Counted from the first letter of the whole stretch, positions 38,619 through 52,690 are shown. The stretch is 63,649 nt of DNA, filler included, from Welwitschia mirabilis (GCA_051453625.1; 7 parts of one record of this genome joined end to end with filler, not necessarily neighbours in it), one strand, 5' to 3'. Numbers and translations are program-made. The notes: a model not told the origin generated them from the sequence alone.

Positions 38619-41221
38619 TGTTGCATTGCCAATTTGTGGTTATTCGATGCGGTTTTATGAGTTGTTTTATAGGACTTTTATACAAATTTAGGTGTAATTA
38701 TGAGAATTTTAAAGATACTAGAGGAAATCTCAAAAATGTGTGATTCTTATTCAAATTTAATGTATTAAAGGCACTTTTCGATGCATAGAACTTTAGAAGA
38801 GGATTATTGATAAAAATATTAGGTTTCTTCTTAAGGAAATGATCAAAGAAAACCATCATCTCCTTCATCGTTCCCATGACAGGCAAAACGACTACTGCTG
38901 ATGTGGGCTACTAAATCACTATTGAGTCATTGTTCTGAGTTATCTTTTATAATGTGTTGTTATTTCCATTGTCATCTAGATGAGTCAGGATGACACTAAC
39001 ATGTAACCAACTCTGACAATGACTTTTAATCATTTCGTCTATTTCATTTTTGAGTGAATCTAACCACACCTACCATTTGTTTTTTTTTGCTATGATTTGT
39101 TATAAATAAACCCTCCTTTGACTCTTCTTCTCATATTCATTGCACCAGACATTCTTATGATAAGAGATAGAAGGGTGAAAGATCCATCTTAAGTATTGCA
39201 GAAAGACATGTACTTGGTGGAGGGCTATGTATCCTCCATTGAGACCCAACTATTTTGTAACTAAGATGCTTATTACTCTTTTTTAATATAAACTNNNNNN
39301 NNNNNNNNNNNNNNNNNNNNNNNNNNNNNNNNNNNNNNNNNNNNNNNNNNNNNNNNNNNNNNNNNNNNNNNNNNNNNNNNNNNNNNNNNNNNNNCCAGGA
39401 CTGACAAAGGCTAAGTATGAGGTTAGGTTACACTACCAATTTGTGGTTATTTAATGGGGTTTTATGAGCTATTTATAGGACTTTTATACAAGTTTAGTTG
39501 TAATTTTAAGGATTTTGAAGATACAAGAGGAAATCTTGGAAATGTGTAATTCTTATCCAAATTTAATGTATTAAAGGAAATTTCTAATTCACAGAGCTTT
39601 GAAGAAGGATTACTGACATAAATGCTAAGTTCTTTTTAAGGAAATAATCAAAGAAGACTATCATCCCTTTCATCATCATCATGATAGATAGGACAATGAC
39701 TACTAATGTGGACTAATGAATTATTACTAAGTTATAATTCTGAGTTATCTTTTGTAATGTGCTGTCATCCCTCTTATCATTCGGACTGTCATCTGGATGA
39801 CACTGATATGTAACTAACTTTGATAGTAACCCATAACCATTTCATCCATTTCTGAGTTGTAAATGAGCACATCTTTCAGCACCTATCATTTGTCTCTTTC
39901 TGCTACGAGTTATTATAAATAAACCCCTTTTCGACTCTCCTTCCCATCTTTGTTGCACCAAAAATTCTCGTGATAGGAGATCGAAGGACAAAAGATCCAT
40001 CTTGAATATTANNNNNNNNNNNNNNNNNNNNNNNNNNNNNNNNNNNNNNNNNNNNNNNNNNNNNNNNNNNNNNNNNNNNNNNNNNNNNNNNNNNNNNNNN
40101 NNNNNNNNNNNATTCTTATCCAAATTTAATGTATTAAAGGAAATTTCTGATTCACAGAGCTTTGAAGAAGGATTATTGACATAAATGCTAAGTTCTTTTT
40201 AAGGAAATAATCAAAGAAGACTATCATCCCTTTCGTCATCATCATGATAGATAGGACAATGACTACTAATGTGGACTAATGAATCACTGCTAAGTTATCA
40301 TTCTGAGTTATCTTTTGTAATGTGTTGTCATCCCTCGTGTCATTCGGACTGTCATCTGGATGACACTGATATGTAACTAACTTTAACAGTAACCCATAAC
40401 CGTTTCATCCATTTCTGAGTTGTTAATGAGCACATCTTTCAGCACCTACCATTTGTCTCTTTCTACTACGAGTTATTATAAATAAACCCCTTTTCGACTC
40501 TCCTTTCCATCTTTGTTGCACCAAAAATTCTCATGATAGGAGATCGAAGGACAAAAGATCCATCTTGAATATTACCGAAAGACGTGCACTTGATTGAGGG
40601 TTGTATGTCCTCCATTGAGACCTAGCTGTTTTGTAACCAAGATGCTTGTTACTCTTTAATACAAAAACATTATTTTGTTTTGTTTTCATATTTACATTGT
40701 AGATTTTTTGATGAACCTTATANNNNNNNNNNNNNNNNNNNNNNNNNNNNNNNNNNNNNNNNNNNNNNNNNNNNNNNNNNNNNNNNNNNNNNNNNNNNNN
40801 NNNNNNNNNNNNNNNNNNNNNNTGTTTTGTTTTCATATTTACATTGTAGATTTTTTGATGAACCTTATAGTCTATGTTGCCCTTGATCTAGTGACAATTT
40901 CTTAGGTGATATAGATTATCAAGTGTAGCCTTTGTTAAGGCTAAAAGTAAGCAGTGTTAGTTCATTTTGCATTCATATAGATTAGTTGCACTTTGTATTT
41001 ACATTGCATTCCTTTATTTCCCTGCATTATTATTTATTTTTGATTCCTATTCCATTTTGCAAAGCAACCTAAGTCTCATCTCATAGTCTTCAATGTGAAT
41101 ATGACATTTTGGTTCTACTCCCACTCATACTAGTGTGATGTATTATGTAAGATATCTATTTTAATTATAAATGACAGGATCTCTTTGAATATAAAAACTT
41201 GCACAAATACACACCAAAATA
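38619..41221 (+). mobile_element. Athila-like 3' LTR, assembled as three overlapping copies across 100-N gaps
   Basis: Starts TGTTGCATTGCC after the PPT. 38590-39290, 39395-40010 and 40112-40720 are repeats of each other. Ends cacaaatacacaccaaaata with no PBS after it. Confidence 0.8.
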
Positions 41222-43336
41222 GTCAACATATTTTTTAGAGTGACATTTAAACTAGATGTTCTTGATATTTTGTATGAATATTTATTAGATTCCATAGAAG
41301 TAGAAGAATTAGGATGATTAGACAAAGGAGGAAATGTATAATTTTTATTAGAACTTGGTTGATTTTCAAAAATTTTCAAAGGTTTAAGAGTATGTGAATA
41401 AGAAATAGTAAATGTAGAATAATTGTCTTGCTTAATTAAAGAAATAAACCTTTTTTTCCTCATCTCAAGTTCTTGAATTAAAGTCCACTAAACCTTCTTT
41501 AATGGCTTCTTCTAGGAAACATCTTTCACAGTTATGTTTGCCTTTACTACTATTTACCATTACCCTTTAAGGACAAATTATTTTACATAAACTTCTTTAC
41601 ATTCAAGTGGAAACAATATCTAGGATCACTCAAAGGTGTAAGGAGTAGAATAAACCAAATGAATGTGGAAATTACTAAGATCACATGAAGTGAAAAGTGT
41701 AGGTCAATTTTGTTGAAAATAATAATCAATGTGGTAATCCCTAAGATCACCCGAAGTGTGAGGGGTAGATCTAATAAGAATTGACAATCTTCTTTAAAAA
41801 ATAAGTAGGAATAGAAACATAATTTAAAAAATATAAAATGTTAAAAATAAATTAAAAAATATTTTTCAAAATATAAATTGCTGAATTGAAATATAAATCC
41901 CTTAAATTAAGATTGCACTTGAAAGTAAAGAAACGGAAACTACAATAAATTAGAAATAAAAATTAAAATTTACAATGAAAGTAGATTACAGTAAACTCCA
42001 AATGGATAATCAAGTAATTATTTCTAAACCAAAAGGTAATTAAGTAATTGCAAGTAGATCCAAGAGGATAAAATACAATAGTACTCAAATAAACAATTTG
42101 AAGTGAATTCAAGATATGTACTTGAGTAATGATAATCTTTCTTTTTTCTTAGAGTCTTCCTAGAAATAGCACCAAAATGCTATGATGCATATTTATACTT
42201 ATAATTCTAATATCCTAAAGATCAAATATAACTTACAACACCTAAAAAGCTGATAATATAATTGCACATAATACACATTTGCATAGTGGGATCCACTCAA
42301 ATGTCATACACTTGAAGAAATGAATTTTTATATAAGTTGTATTCTATTGAAACCAATAAATAGAATCAAAGTAAAAAGAAGAAAAATAAAAAACAAAAAT
42401 AAATGATTAGAATAAAATTTATTTCGAAAGAGAAGAAGAACATAATTTTGAATTTTTCTTTATAGGAAATGAAATTAAACAATGCAATGGAATGAAATAA
42501 AATGCAATGTAATGTACAAATTTGCATCACTTTCATTGCCATTAAGATTAGTTATGACGAAGAAAGAAGAAATCATTTGAAAAGAACTCTAATTCAATCA
42601 ATATCTTTATTAGTCAAATTAAAGTACATCCACTTACAACAACAACTCCTCAATGGAAGATTCACTGCCTAATACCAAGGTAGTCCTTCTCATAAGTAGG
42701 ATGGATCTTCTTGCCTTTAACAATTTCCAATCATCAAAATAATTTAAATGACAAAAATATATGAAATGGGCCTAAGAGGATCTATTTATAATTTTAGATG
42801 GATGTTTAAGGGTCACTAAGGGATTTTAAATAAAAAGATACAATTAGGATCTATACTTTCATAAGAATTTAATTAGATTTTTAAACTATTCTATTTGTCA
42901 TCCTTTTTGTCATCCACAGAACATAGTGGATGGTCACTCCAACTACTAACTAACACTTAACACATGTTACCCATACAACTTGTGCTAACTATCATCCTAG
43001 GTGTTGTCCCAATAACATAGGAGATGATTGTCATAACCTATTTAATTACTCCTATTATATGTTATTCTACAATGATCATCCCAATGACAAACATGACAAC
43101 TATTATTTTACATGAATCATCCCAATGAAATAGTAAACAACTAGATTTTCTTACTTAACTTCATCTTGATCATTGTGCTTTGGTTCATCATCATGCAAAA
43201 ATAGCTTCTTGTATTGGAAATTGTTGTATTTCATGATCTGTATGAAAGATTTACATAAATTCCTAGAAACCTTATTAATAGAACTTGAAAATATGCTCCA
43301 CAAGTATGTCAAATAGGTTAATTTGGCTTTGCAACA
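41222..43336 (-). mobile_element. 5' end of an Athila-like element: 5' LTR 42178-43336, Asp PBS, leader and gag start
   Basis: LTR has intact ends TGTTGCAAAG..CATCATAGCA. PBS TGGTGCTATTTCTAGGAA at 42157-42174. gag start FLEEAIKEGLVDFN (about 41475-41520) is homologous to LIEENFKEGLIKF at about 60930. Confidence 0.85.
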
Positions 43337-45060
43337 AGGTTTTAAAACACACACAAAAATCGTAATGCAAAAAATTATAGAAAAACATAGCAAGAAAAAG
43401 AAATATCATAATGCAATGTAAAGTTAATTAAAAGTTTTAAAAAATTTTAAGTTTTACTTCAAAAGAAATCTACGAACAAAGTATTAGATTTATACAAAAC
43501 AAGTTATCATAAAATCACAAGAAAATTTTAAAACAAGTTGGATTAGTTTGGATTTCACTATAATAATCAATACCAACCACTAGAAATGAAAGAAAAGAAA
43601 TACACAAAACAAAAGAAAAAGGATCAATTTGGGTATCATTGGAAGAAGGACTCATATCCACTAGTAGAAATATAAGAGATATATGTAAACTTGCGAAAAA
43701 AAAAGTAGTGCTTCTCTAAGCTACTACCTTGTCATTATCCCTAAGAATGACACCAAAATTTATTTGATGTAGTATAATAAACTAGATTTAAAGATAAGTT
43801 TTCACTTACATGGATTTAGGCTCAGAATTACACTAGGTTAAACTTAATCTAACTTACAAATTTTAAGGGGGGAAAGTAGAAAGAGGTAATGTTTAGAGTT
43901 TGAGTTAAACTTGATCTTGAGATAAGAAGGATGCAAACTGATCCCAAGGTATCGCCCATCTATTCCTAAATAATCCTTTACTTCAATGTTATCTAATAAC
44001 CTTCCTACAAAATACTTAGAATCAGCAAGTGCTTTTGGCTTTGTCATAAGGGATAACCTCATCCATCATATGGAAATGGTAAATTTAATTAATACTTTAG
44101 TCTTAAAACAACAATAGAAAGTAAGGATTATAAGTACTTAAGATCTATGAAATTAAAATACTTAGACTAAGTGATCAAAAGGAATTCATTCAACTGAAAT
44201 GAACTTGAGAATTAAAGTGGATCTAATAATTTAAATTATAAAATAACTCATGATTTAAAATTACAAAAGACAACTTAATGCATTAGACAAAGGAATAACT
44301 TTACAACAAAGAAAGTAAGAAGCAAAAGGAACTCCTTAGCAATCCTTGAAGACTGGATTACTCCCTTAAAGAGTTGCTTAGTAAGCCATCACAAGTCGAT
44401 GCTCCAAGGTTCTATAATTCTCCTAGCCAAATATGATATAATAAAGGGTTCAAAATATTTTTATAGAAAGAGATGGAGGAGAGGAGGGTTACAAGCCCTT
44501 AGCTTATAGCGTTAGGTGGATGATTACAAATCATAACATTAGGTAAGATAGCTTGTCTTCTTTTTCATTTGGTCAAGATGTTTATAATGATGCCAAAACT
44601 TAACTCTAGAATGTTGTAGCCATTACCAATTACTGACCATGTCATGTGTTTCCATCATCATCCTACTCAGCCCTATCAAATATTGTTCTATAATTCCTCA
44701 TCATCACTACCACATGTTGTTAAGAATTCAATTATTTTTTTATGATAACTGAATTTTATTTAATTTTTCATAACATGTCAAGAATATGAGTTTGGAGAAA
44801 TTTTGCACATATATGCCAATGGCATTAGTAGTCATGACTAATAGCATTGATATTTTAGGCTGTTTAATGATTAGATTAAGGTATGTCCTTTAATTAAGCA
44901 TAATTCACTTGAAAATGTAATGGGGAATAGTTAAGTTTATAATTAATGTGAATAGAAATAAAAGACATATTTTTATGATGGAATCTATTATATTAATGCC
45001 TTCTCTTAAGGTTAATTAATTATTTAACTTGATTATAATGTTATTTTTTACATGTTAACA
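43337..45060 (-). mobile_element. Family B 5' LTR (43761-45060), Asp PBS and short leader
   Basis: Starts TGTTAACATG at 45060. PBS TGGTGTCATTCTTAGGGA at 43738-43755 is a decayed TGGCGCCGTTGCCGGGGA. Homologous copies at 16688 and 34074. Confidence 0.85.
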
Positions 45061-45775
45061 TAAACCATATATAAAAGCATATATAAGATTGATCCATTCA
45101 TTACCATATAAGATTAGTATTATCAATGCAAAGTCCAAATGAGATACCATTTAAACTAAACATAAAAGTATTGTTTAAAACCCTATAATAATAATAATGA
45201 TCTATAGGTACAAAACTTAAAAGCCATACAATACTAACAATCTATGTGTATTACCGTTTGTACTGAGTATACAATTCTTCTTAGAAATCATATAATTATA
45301 ATAATCTATGCGTAGTATCATTTGTACTAAGTATACATGCCTTTTTTAGTAATTTATGAGCCACTTGTATCACCTAATATCATTTGCACTGGTTTTATAT
45401 AAGCCACTTATATCACCTAATACTAGTTCCATTAAGTACATGAATCTTATATGATAATGTATAGGTCACTTGTATCACATAATACCATTTTCATAGAGTA
45501 TATAAGTCTCATATGGTAATGTATGTGATACTTATGACATGTAATTATATTTACACTAATGTTGNNNNNNNNNNNNNNNNNNNNNNNNNNNNNNNNNNNN
45601 NNNNNNNNNNNNNNNNNNNNNNNNNNNNNNNNNNNNNNNNNNNNNNNNNNNNNNNNNNNNNNNNATGTAATTATATTTACACTAATGTTGTAAAAGCCAT
45701 TTATGTTGCCTAACACCATTTGTACTTCTATCATGTGGATCACATACAAGCCTTGTATGGCAATGTATGGATGAC
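45061..45775. repeat. Minisatellite (44 bp units, then 60 bp units in reverse orientation)
   Basis: ccatacaatactaacaatctatg units, then ccacttgtatcacctaatatcatttgcact units, which are the reverse complement of the units at 33580-34073. Confidence 0.85.
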
Positions 45776-46700
45776 TATTGCATTGTGTATTTGTGCAACG
45801 TTTACATCCTAATTAGAATTATGTATACAACAAATAATATGCACAACCACAACACACTAATATAGATGAGAGTGATCCAAGTGTTGTAATCTATTGAAGG
45901 CAAAAATATGGAAATAAGATAGTTTCTTTTGAGATAAGAAATATTGTAACCTAACCTATAGAAATAACTTGCAATGCATGAAAATGAAATAAAACACACT
46001 TGTACAAGGATAATCTAGGAAAAGAATTAATAATGCCCCTAAGCTAATCAAGAAAAACCTTGAAAAAGCTTGCCCTTATAATATATATCATAAGAGAAGC
46101 TGCTACTGAATCTTAAACAACATAAACTATGAGGGAGAAAATCATTCATAAATTGAAGCTTGAAAAGAAATGTTTATATTAAAAGTCATACCACATCTAT
46201 ATTACAAAGTAGTCACATCTCAATAGAGGAAATGTTACCCAACACTATGGAAAACATCTTTCTAAAACTACAGGATGGTTCTTCGACCCCTCGATCTCTT
46301 GTCACAAATATATTGGATGCAATCGAAGATGAGCATGAGTTGAGGGGGAGACCTCTACTTATTAACTCAAAACAAGAAATGAAATAGACAAAAAGGCATG
46401 GATAAGACCTAACTACCATGCAAAGAGTGGTGAAAGAAAGGTGAACATTTAGTGTAAGAATTACAAGAAGTGTCATCTGGCTAGAAAGCCTTCGATAAAT
46501 CTTCAATTAGTGCATTAGCCTTGTTATTTGTAGAAAGTTATCATCTGAAATACGAATTATTCATATTTGCTCAGAATGCTTATAATTTATCAAGGAAGTT
46601 GCATATCTTCATTCTTTTCATCCCAATTCTCCATTATTACAAAAACCAAGAATTTTCTTNNNNNNNNNNAATTAAATATATGTAAGTTGGTGGAATAACA
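45776..46700 (-). repeat. 3' LTR of the complete element
   Basis: Starts TGTTATTCCACC right after PPT aaggctaagttggggacta. Aligns to 56349-57430 with a deletion of about 140 bp near 46480. Confidence 0.88.
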
Positions 46701-47583
46701 TAGTCCCCAACTTAGCCTTATCAATTCCTGTAAAACTAGGTGGTAAACCATATTTACGAGCCAACTTATTAGATAATAAAGACAACTAGGATACCAGAAA
46801 AAATTATCTTAAAAAGAATTAAAGAATATTTCAGAGATAGGCAAAATTTTTGAAAAATGAGAAACACTAAATAAAAACACTATAAAGTATTAGATAGTTG
46901 TCTGATATGATCATNNNNNNNNNNNNNNNNNNNNNNNNNNNNNNNNNNNNNNNNNNNNNNNNNNNNNNNNNNNNNNNNNNNNNNNNNNNNNNNNNNNNNN
47001 NNNNNNNNNNNNNNACCTATAAAACAACTCAGAATACCCAATTAAATATACGTAAGTTGGTGGAATAACATAGTCCCCGACTTAGCCTTATCAATTCCTG
47101 ACAAAACTAGGTGGGAAACCATATTTATGAGCCAACTTATTAGATAATAAAAACAACTAGGATACCAGAAAAAATTATCTTAAAAAGAATTAAAGAATAT
47201 TTCAAAAATAGGCTAAATTTTTGAAAAATGAGAAACACTAAATAAAAACACTATAAAGTATTAGATATTAGTTGTCTGATATGATCATCTAGATAATTTA
47301 GAGGATGACAGGCTTTGTAAAGGGTTTTAAAAACTAGAATCTGCAATAGAAATTGATTTTCTCAAATAATTAATTAATTATAATAAACACCCCTCCCACC
47401 ATGATAAACAATCAAATATAAAGATTTTCCCTAATTGAAATGCAATCATCATCATAAAAATCAAAANNNNNNNNNNTATATAATAATGAGAGCTTTTAGT
47501 ACAAAAAGGTGTAGAAGTGGAGATACAAGATATAATGTAAAATCACTCTCCTTACCTATGCATGATGAAATTTGGTTCAGTAA

Positions 47584-49198
47584 CTAGCTCAAGAGTAGGA
47601 GAAAAAGAAGAAGGATGCCAAGATCTATGAGGAGATGAAGATTAATAGATGATATAATAGACCTGACAATCTCATCACCCTAGACACGTACCAACTCTGG
47701 AATGTCTACAGTCATACTCTGCTAAATGGAAAAAATGTTCTAGTGCATATCCATCATTTGATCCTCTGTGTGCTATACTCTCTTCTCAAGACATAGGATC
47801 CATTGCTCAACTCTCTGCTCAAAGGATAGGATTTGTTGCTGAACTCTCTACTTGAAGATTTGGAACCTCTAATCAATGAAACCTCTGAGGGTCTTGATAG
47901 TCTCAGCCAGAAGGGTCTAGATCTACTCTAATGAAGCTCCAACTGTAGGTCTCTATACCTGAGGTTTCTTTGTTTCTCTTAGTACCTGTATACTCATATC
48001 CTGTAAATAGCGAGTAGAATTTTGANNNNNNNNNNNNNNNNNNNNNNNNNNNNNNNNNNNNNNNNNNNNNNNNNNNNNNNNNNNNNNNNNNNNNNNNNNN
48101 NNNNNNNNNNNNNNNNNNNNNNNNNNNNNNNNNNNNNNNNNNNNNNNNNNNNNNNNNNNNNNNNNNNNNNNNNNNNNNNNNNNNNNNNNNNNNNNNNNNN
48201 NNNNNNNNNNNNNNNNNNNNNNNNNNNNNNNNNNNNNNNNNNNNNNNNNNNNNNNNNNNNNNNNNNNNNNNNNNNNNNNNNNNNNNNNNNNNNNNNNNNN
48301 NNNNNNNNNNNNNNNNNNNNNNNNNNNNNNNNNNNNNNNNNNNNNNNNNNNNNNNNNNNNNNNNNNNNNNNNNNNNNNNNNNNNNNNNNNNNNNNNNNNN
48401 NNNNNNNNNNNNNNNNNNNNNNNNNNNNNNNNNNNNNNNNNNNNNNNNNNNNNNNNNNNNNNNNNNNNNNNNNNNNNNNNNNNNNNNNNNNNNNNNNNNN
48501 NNNNNNNNNNNNNNNNNNNNNNNNNNNNNNNNNNNNNNNNNNNNNNNNNNNNNNNNNNNNNNNNNNNNNNNNNNNNNNNNNNNNNNNNNNNNNNNNNNNN
48601 NNNNNNNNNNNNNNNNNNNNNNNNNNNNNNNNNNNNNNNNNNNNNNNNNNNNNNNNNNNNNNNNNNNNNNNNNNNNCCCGCCCGCCCTGTCGATCAATGG
48701 TCAAATCAGCTAAAATGTCTAAAATGGCAGCATAAGCTTGATGCTTCTCTATTTCACCAATTGAATGAATATGCAAGCTGCCAAGTTTTCTAAGATCTGT
48801 GATGACTGCAATATGAGATGAAAGGATAGCTATCTCATAGTCTTGAATGTATGCAACGATTATGGTCTGTAGCTGACCATAAGTATCTAGTCACCTCTCT
48901 ATATGCATGGTATCATAGAACTCTCTTGTCTCAAATGCATAATATGCACCATGTGCATCTGTGATCCATATAAGCTGTAACTCTGTTAGTCTCTAATTAA
49001 CCTCTGGCTCTATGCGACTCATGAAATATCTAAAGTATCTCTCAACAAGAATACTAGTTATCTGTATGCTCAAAAATCATCTATGTCAAGGTGGTGGGTG
49101 TATAGGCTCCACATGCTATATCTCAGTCTCGACAAAAGGGCCTACCTCTTGCTATATAGGATTAGCTAAAACCTCTTCCTATCTATCTCTGTAGGCAT
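47584..49198 (-). pseudogene. Decayed extra ORF downstream of pol (Athila env-like / plant transposon accessory protein)
   Basis: N-part GAYYAFETREFYDTM..IVAYIQDYEIAILSSHIAVITDL resembles the Y..L.REFY..L...VRG..I motif of Athila-type accessory ORFs. C-part is Q/E/R-rich and coiled-coil-like. The centre lies in gap 48026-48676. Confidence 0.65.
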
Positions 49199-52129
49199 GT
49201 AGCCTACTCAATTGCAAACATAAACTTGTCATTTAAAAATAGATAAACAAGTTGAAAACGTCATATGAATGCATAATAATGACCCCTAAAAGTGATGTAA
49301 AATTATCAAAAATGCTAAAAATATATCCTTCCCCCATAAAAGATGCAATTCATTTCGAATTGCATAATTGTGAGAGAAAACTGGAGAAAACTAGAAAAAG
49401 TCCGAAAACTGTATACGTAGTAGGCCTCATAAGAAGTGAAAAAATTGAAGTACTCAAATGAAAAATATATTTTAGTAAATTTGTAGAGCATATCGCACTG
49501 ATCAATTTTTTTTAAAGGATTACTATGATTCAACTTATGATTTGTGATAAAACAAGTGCAAAAATTAAAAACCTAAAAATACCTCATAATATACAAAAGT
49601 AATCATAACTTAAAAAATATGCAGTGAAATTCAAATCTATAAGTTCCAAAATGAAGACCATGAAAAACTAAATAATATACATCAAAACTACATGTCGAAA
49701 GGCTAAACAATAAAGGAAAAAATGAAAAATCAGGAGGAGAGAGAAAAATATCTCATTTTTGCAAATTTGAATAAATCTTGTGAATCTAGCAACGAAATAG
49801 ACAGGACAAGTCCTAAAATGTTGCTACTAGCCAAAAGGATCATTGTATCTTAAAAGAAAGAAGTAAAATGATAAGAAAATGAGTGAAAATGAGGAAAAAA
49901 AATTTGGGTTACAATTTTAACACACTGTCGTCTAGTCATGTTGTCTAGACGATAGCCCTAAGATAATTAACCTTAAAAATCAGGTTATCATCCGCATAAT
50001 TTTGTTTGGATAACCATGNNNNNNNNNNNNNNNNNNNNNNNNNNNNNNNNNNNNNNNNNNNNNNNNNNNNNNNNNNNNNNNNNNNNNNNNNNNNNNNNNN
50101 NNNNNNNNNNNNNNNNNNACTAGCCAAAAGGGTCATTTTATCTTAAAAGAAAGAAGGAAAATGATGAGAAAATGAGTGAAAATGAGGAAAAAAAATTTGG
50201 ATTGCAGTTTTAACACATTGTCGTCCAGTCATGTTGTCCAGACGATAGCCCTTAGACAATTAACAGTAAAAATCAGGTTATCATCCACATAATTTTATCT
50301 GGATAATCATGTGGATAATAGAACACTAAAAAGATTTTTCAAAAAAAAGTCAGCCATGAAAGTTAGGCTCAAATAGGATCGTTAAAGTGACAGTTCTAAA
50401 AAAGAAAAAGATAGAAAACCAAAAATCACACAAAAAAAATGAAAAATTAGGAAAACCAAAAGAAAAGGGATAGAAACATACAAAAGGAAAAACTATGGCT
50501 GAAGAAAACATACTATATAGGTTAAAGATATACAATAAAGACTAAATGAATGTGCTCAAATAGAAAGTGAAAGCATAACAGACTTAGAACTTAATAACCT
50601 ACAAGGGAACTCATGAAGATTGTGGGAAAATATTCATCTAAATATTTTTTTAATGAAAATTTGTTTTGAAAAAAACATTTTATCATGATTGAACAACAAG
50701 AAAACTATTAAATGATTAAGGTCCTAAAAATAAATAAGAAAATGCAGAAATGACTTTGAAACAGTAGACTCAAAAACCAAAGAAAACTAAAGTGAAAAAA
50801 AAAACACAAGGAACAAGGAGAAGATTTTTTACCTATCCTAAGTACTAACCTAGCTAACTCCCAAGGAAAACATCATAACATCACTTGAGTAAATATGCAT
50901 CACAAAATGTATTAACTTTATAAAGTTTATTCAAAAAGGAAGTGGTTATGGTGATATCAAAAGCTTTAATTATGTAGAACAATGAATGTCAAAACCAAAA
51001 GTTACTTAGAAACGATCTCACTTGCTTCCATCCCACAAACTCACCAAAATCTTCAAAAGTAAAATGATCAAGTGGAAATACTAAGAGTGTAGGAAAAAAG
51101 CAATGCCTCTAATGACACTAGAAACATCACTAATCCCTAACCTTAAAGTATTTATTTCTTTTACCATAATGAGGGGAGTGCAACCATAGTTAGAGAATTA
51201 AGGACCCGCGAAGCATGTCCAACTGACCTTCCAGCAGAGTTCCCATAGTTACCATATTATACTATTAAAGGATCCTTTTGGAAATATTTGCTCCAATGTA
51301 CTTACGGTAGGACATCATGGTGACCATGTTTTTGAGATAATACAAATAGAAAATATCGTGGTCTTTATTCCATTCTTTTTTTTTAATAGACAAAATTCCC
51401 ACATGATCACACACTCAAAAAAGATGAAGGTGAATAAGTAAGATAAAAGATAAAAAAGAACACTCTCAACAAGTAAAAATTTTAATAGTATTAAAAAAAA
51501 CACAAAAAACTAAGTCATCTTCCTTTACATAAAGGCCATAGACAAGGGAATGTCTCAAGATAGGGTGAATCTAATCTTACCCCCTGTAAATGCATAAGTA
51601 TAAAACTAATCTTGAAACTTTATAAAGTAATACATAAGTCAAGTTTGAAAGATGATCAAGTAATGTCATAATATTTAATCAAAGGAGTAGGATAAGAAAG
51701 AACTTAGACAATGATAGGGAGGAAGTCCTCATCACTGAGAAAAACCTTCAAAATAAGTGCTTTATCATGTTCATAATTGTATCTAAAGATCCCTTATATA
51801 ATTTCAACCATTTCCTATTAACCTTTTCAATCTTTCTAGTTTCTAAATGTAAAATTTTAACTGAGATATTAAAATGCACTTTTTCTATAAGCTAAAGACC
51901 TAACCATTTAAAGGTTAACTTATTATTCAAAATATGAACTCTAGTATTATATAATAAGACAAGTTGACCAGGTTCAAACTTTTTATGAAAAATCCTTTTA
52001 TCATATTTGAACTTTGCTTGGGATTTATGNNNNNNNNNNNNNNNNNNNNNNNNNNNNNNNNNNNNNNNNNNNNNNNNNNNNNNNNNNNNNNNNNNNNNNN
52101 NNNNNNNNNNNNNNNNNNNNNNNNNNNNN

Positions 52130-52590
52130 TATACAATGATAGGAAGGAAGTACTTCTCAACCGTTGCCCATTAACCTTCTAAGTCTCTTTAGTTTCAAAA
52201 CCTAAAATTTTAACTGAGCCATTAAAATGCACTTTCTTTACAAGATAAGAACCTAATCATTTAGAGGTCAAGTTGTTATTCAAAAGGTGAACTCTAGTAT
52301 TAAACAATAAGACAAATTAAATAGATTCAAACTTTTTATGAAAAATCCTTTTATCATGTTTGAACTGTTCTTGGGCTTTATGAATTAATTGATGATATAT
52401 GGCACTAGTTCTTTTTCATCAAGATGACCTAATTGTGCTAACCTATACTTAAGATTTTCATCAAAATCCACAAGATTTAGTTGATGAGATGTATGATAAG
52501 AATTGTAACATACATTAACCAGTAAGACACAAACTTTAAGATTAGAAGTCCAAAACTTTTTATTAATAGAGATAAATTTTTGAAGCGTTT
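52130..52590 (-). pseudogene. Integrase C-terminal region
   Basis: RLAQLGHLDE..HDKRIFHKKF..VLLFNTRVHL..LTSK*LGSYLVKKV..KVNGQRL. Partly duplicated at 51800-52029. Confidence 0.85.
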
Positions 52591-52690
52591 NNNNNNNNNN
52601 NNNNNNNNNNNNNNNNNNNNNNNNNNNNNNNNNNTTAATTAATTAANNNNNNNNNNNNNNNNNNNNNNNNNNNNNNNNNNNNNNNNNNNN

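Noticed and set aside
45802..46506. Short ORFs shared between 45802-46506 and 56386-57060 as conserved genes
   Set aside because: They match each other only because they lie in the two LTRs of one element.
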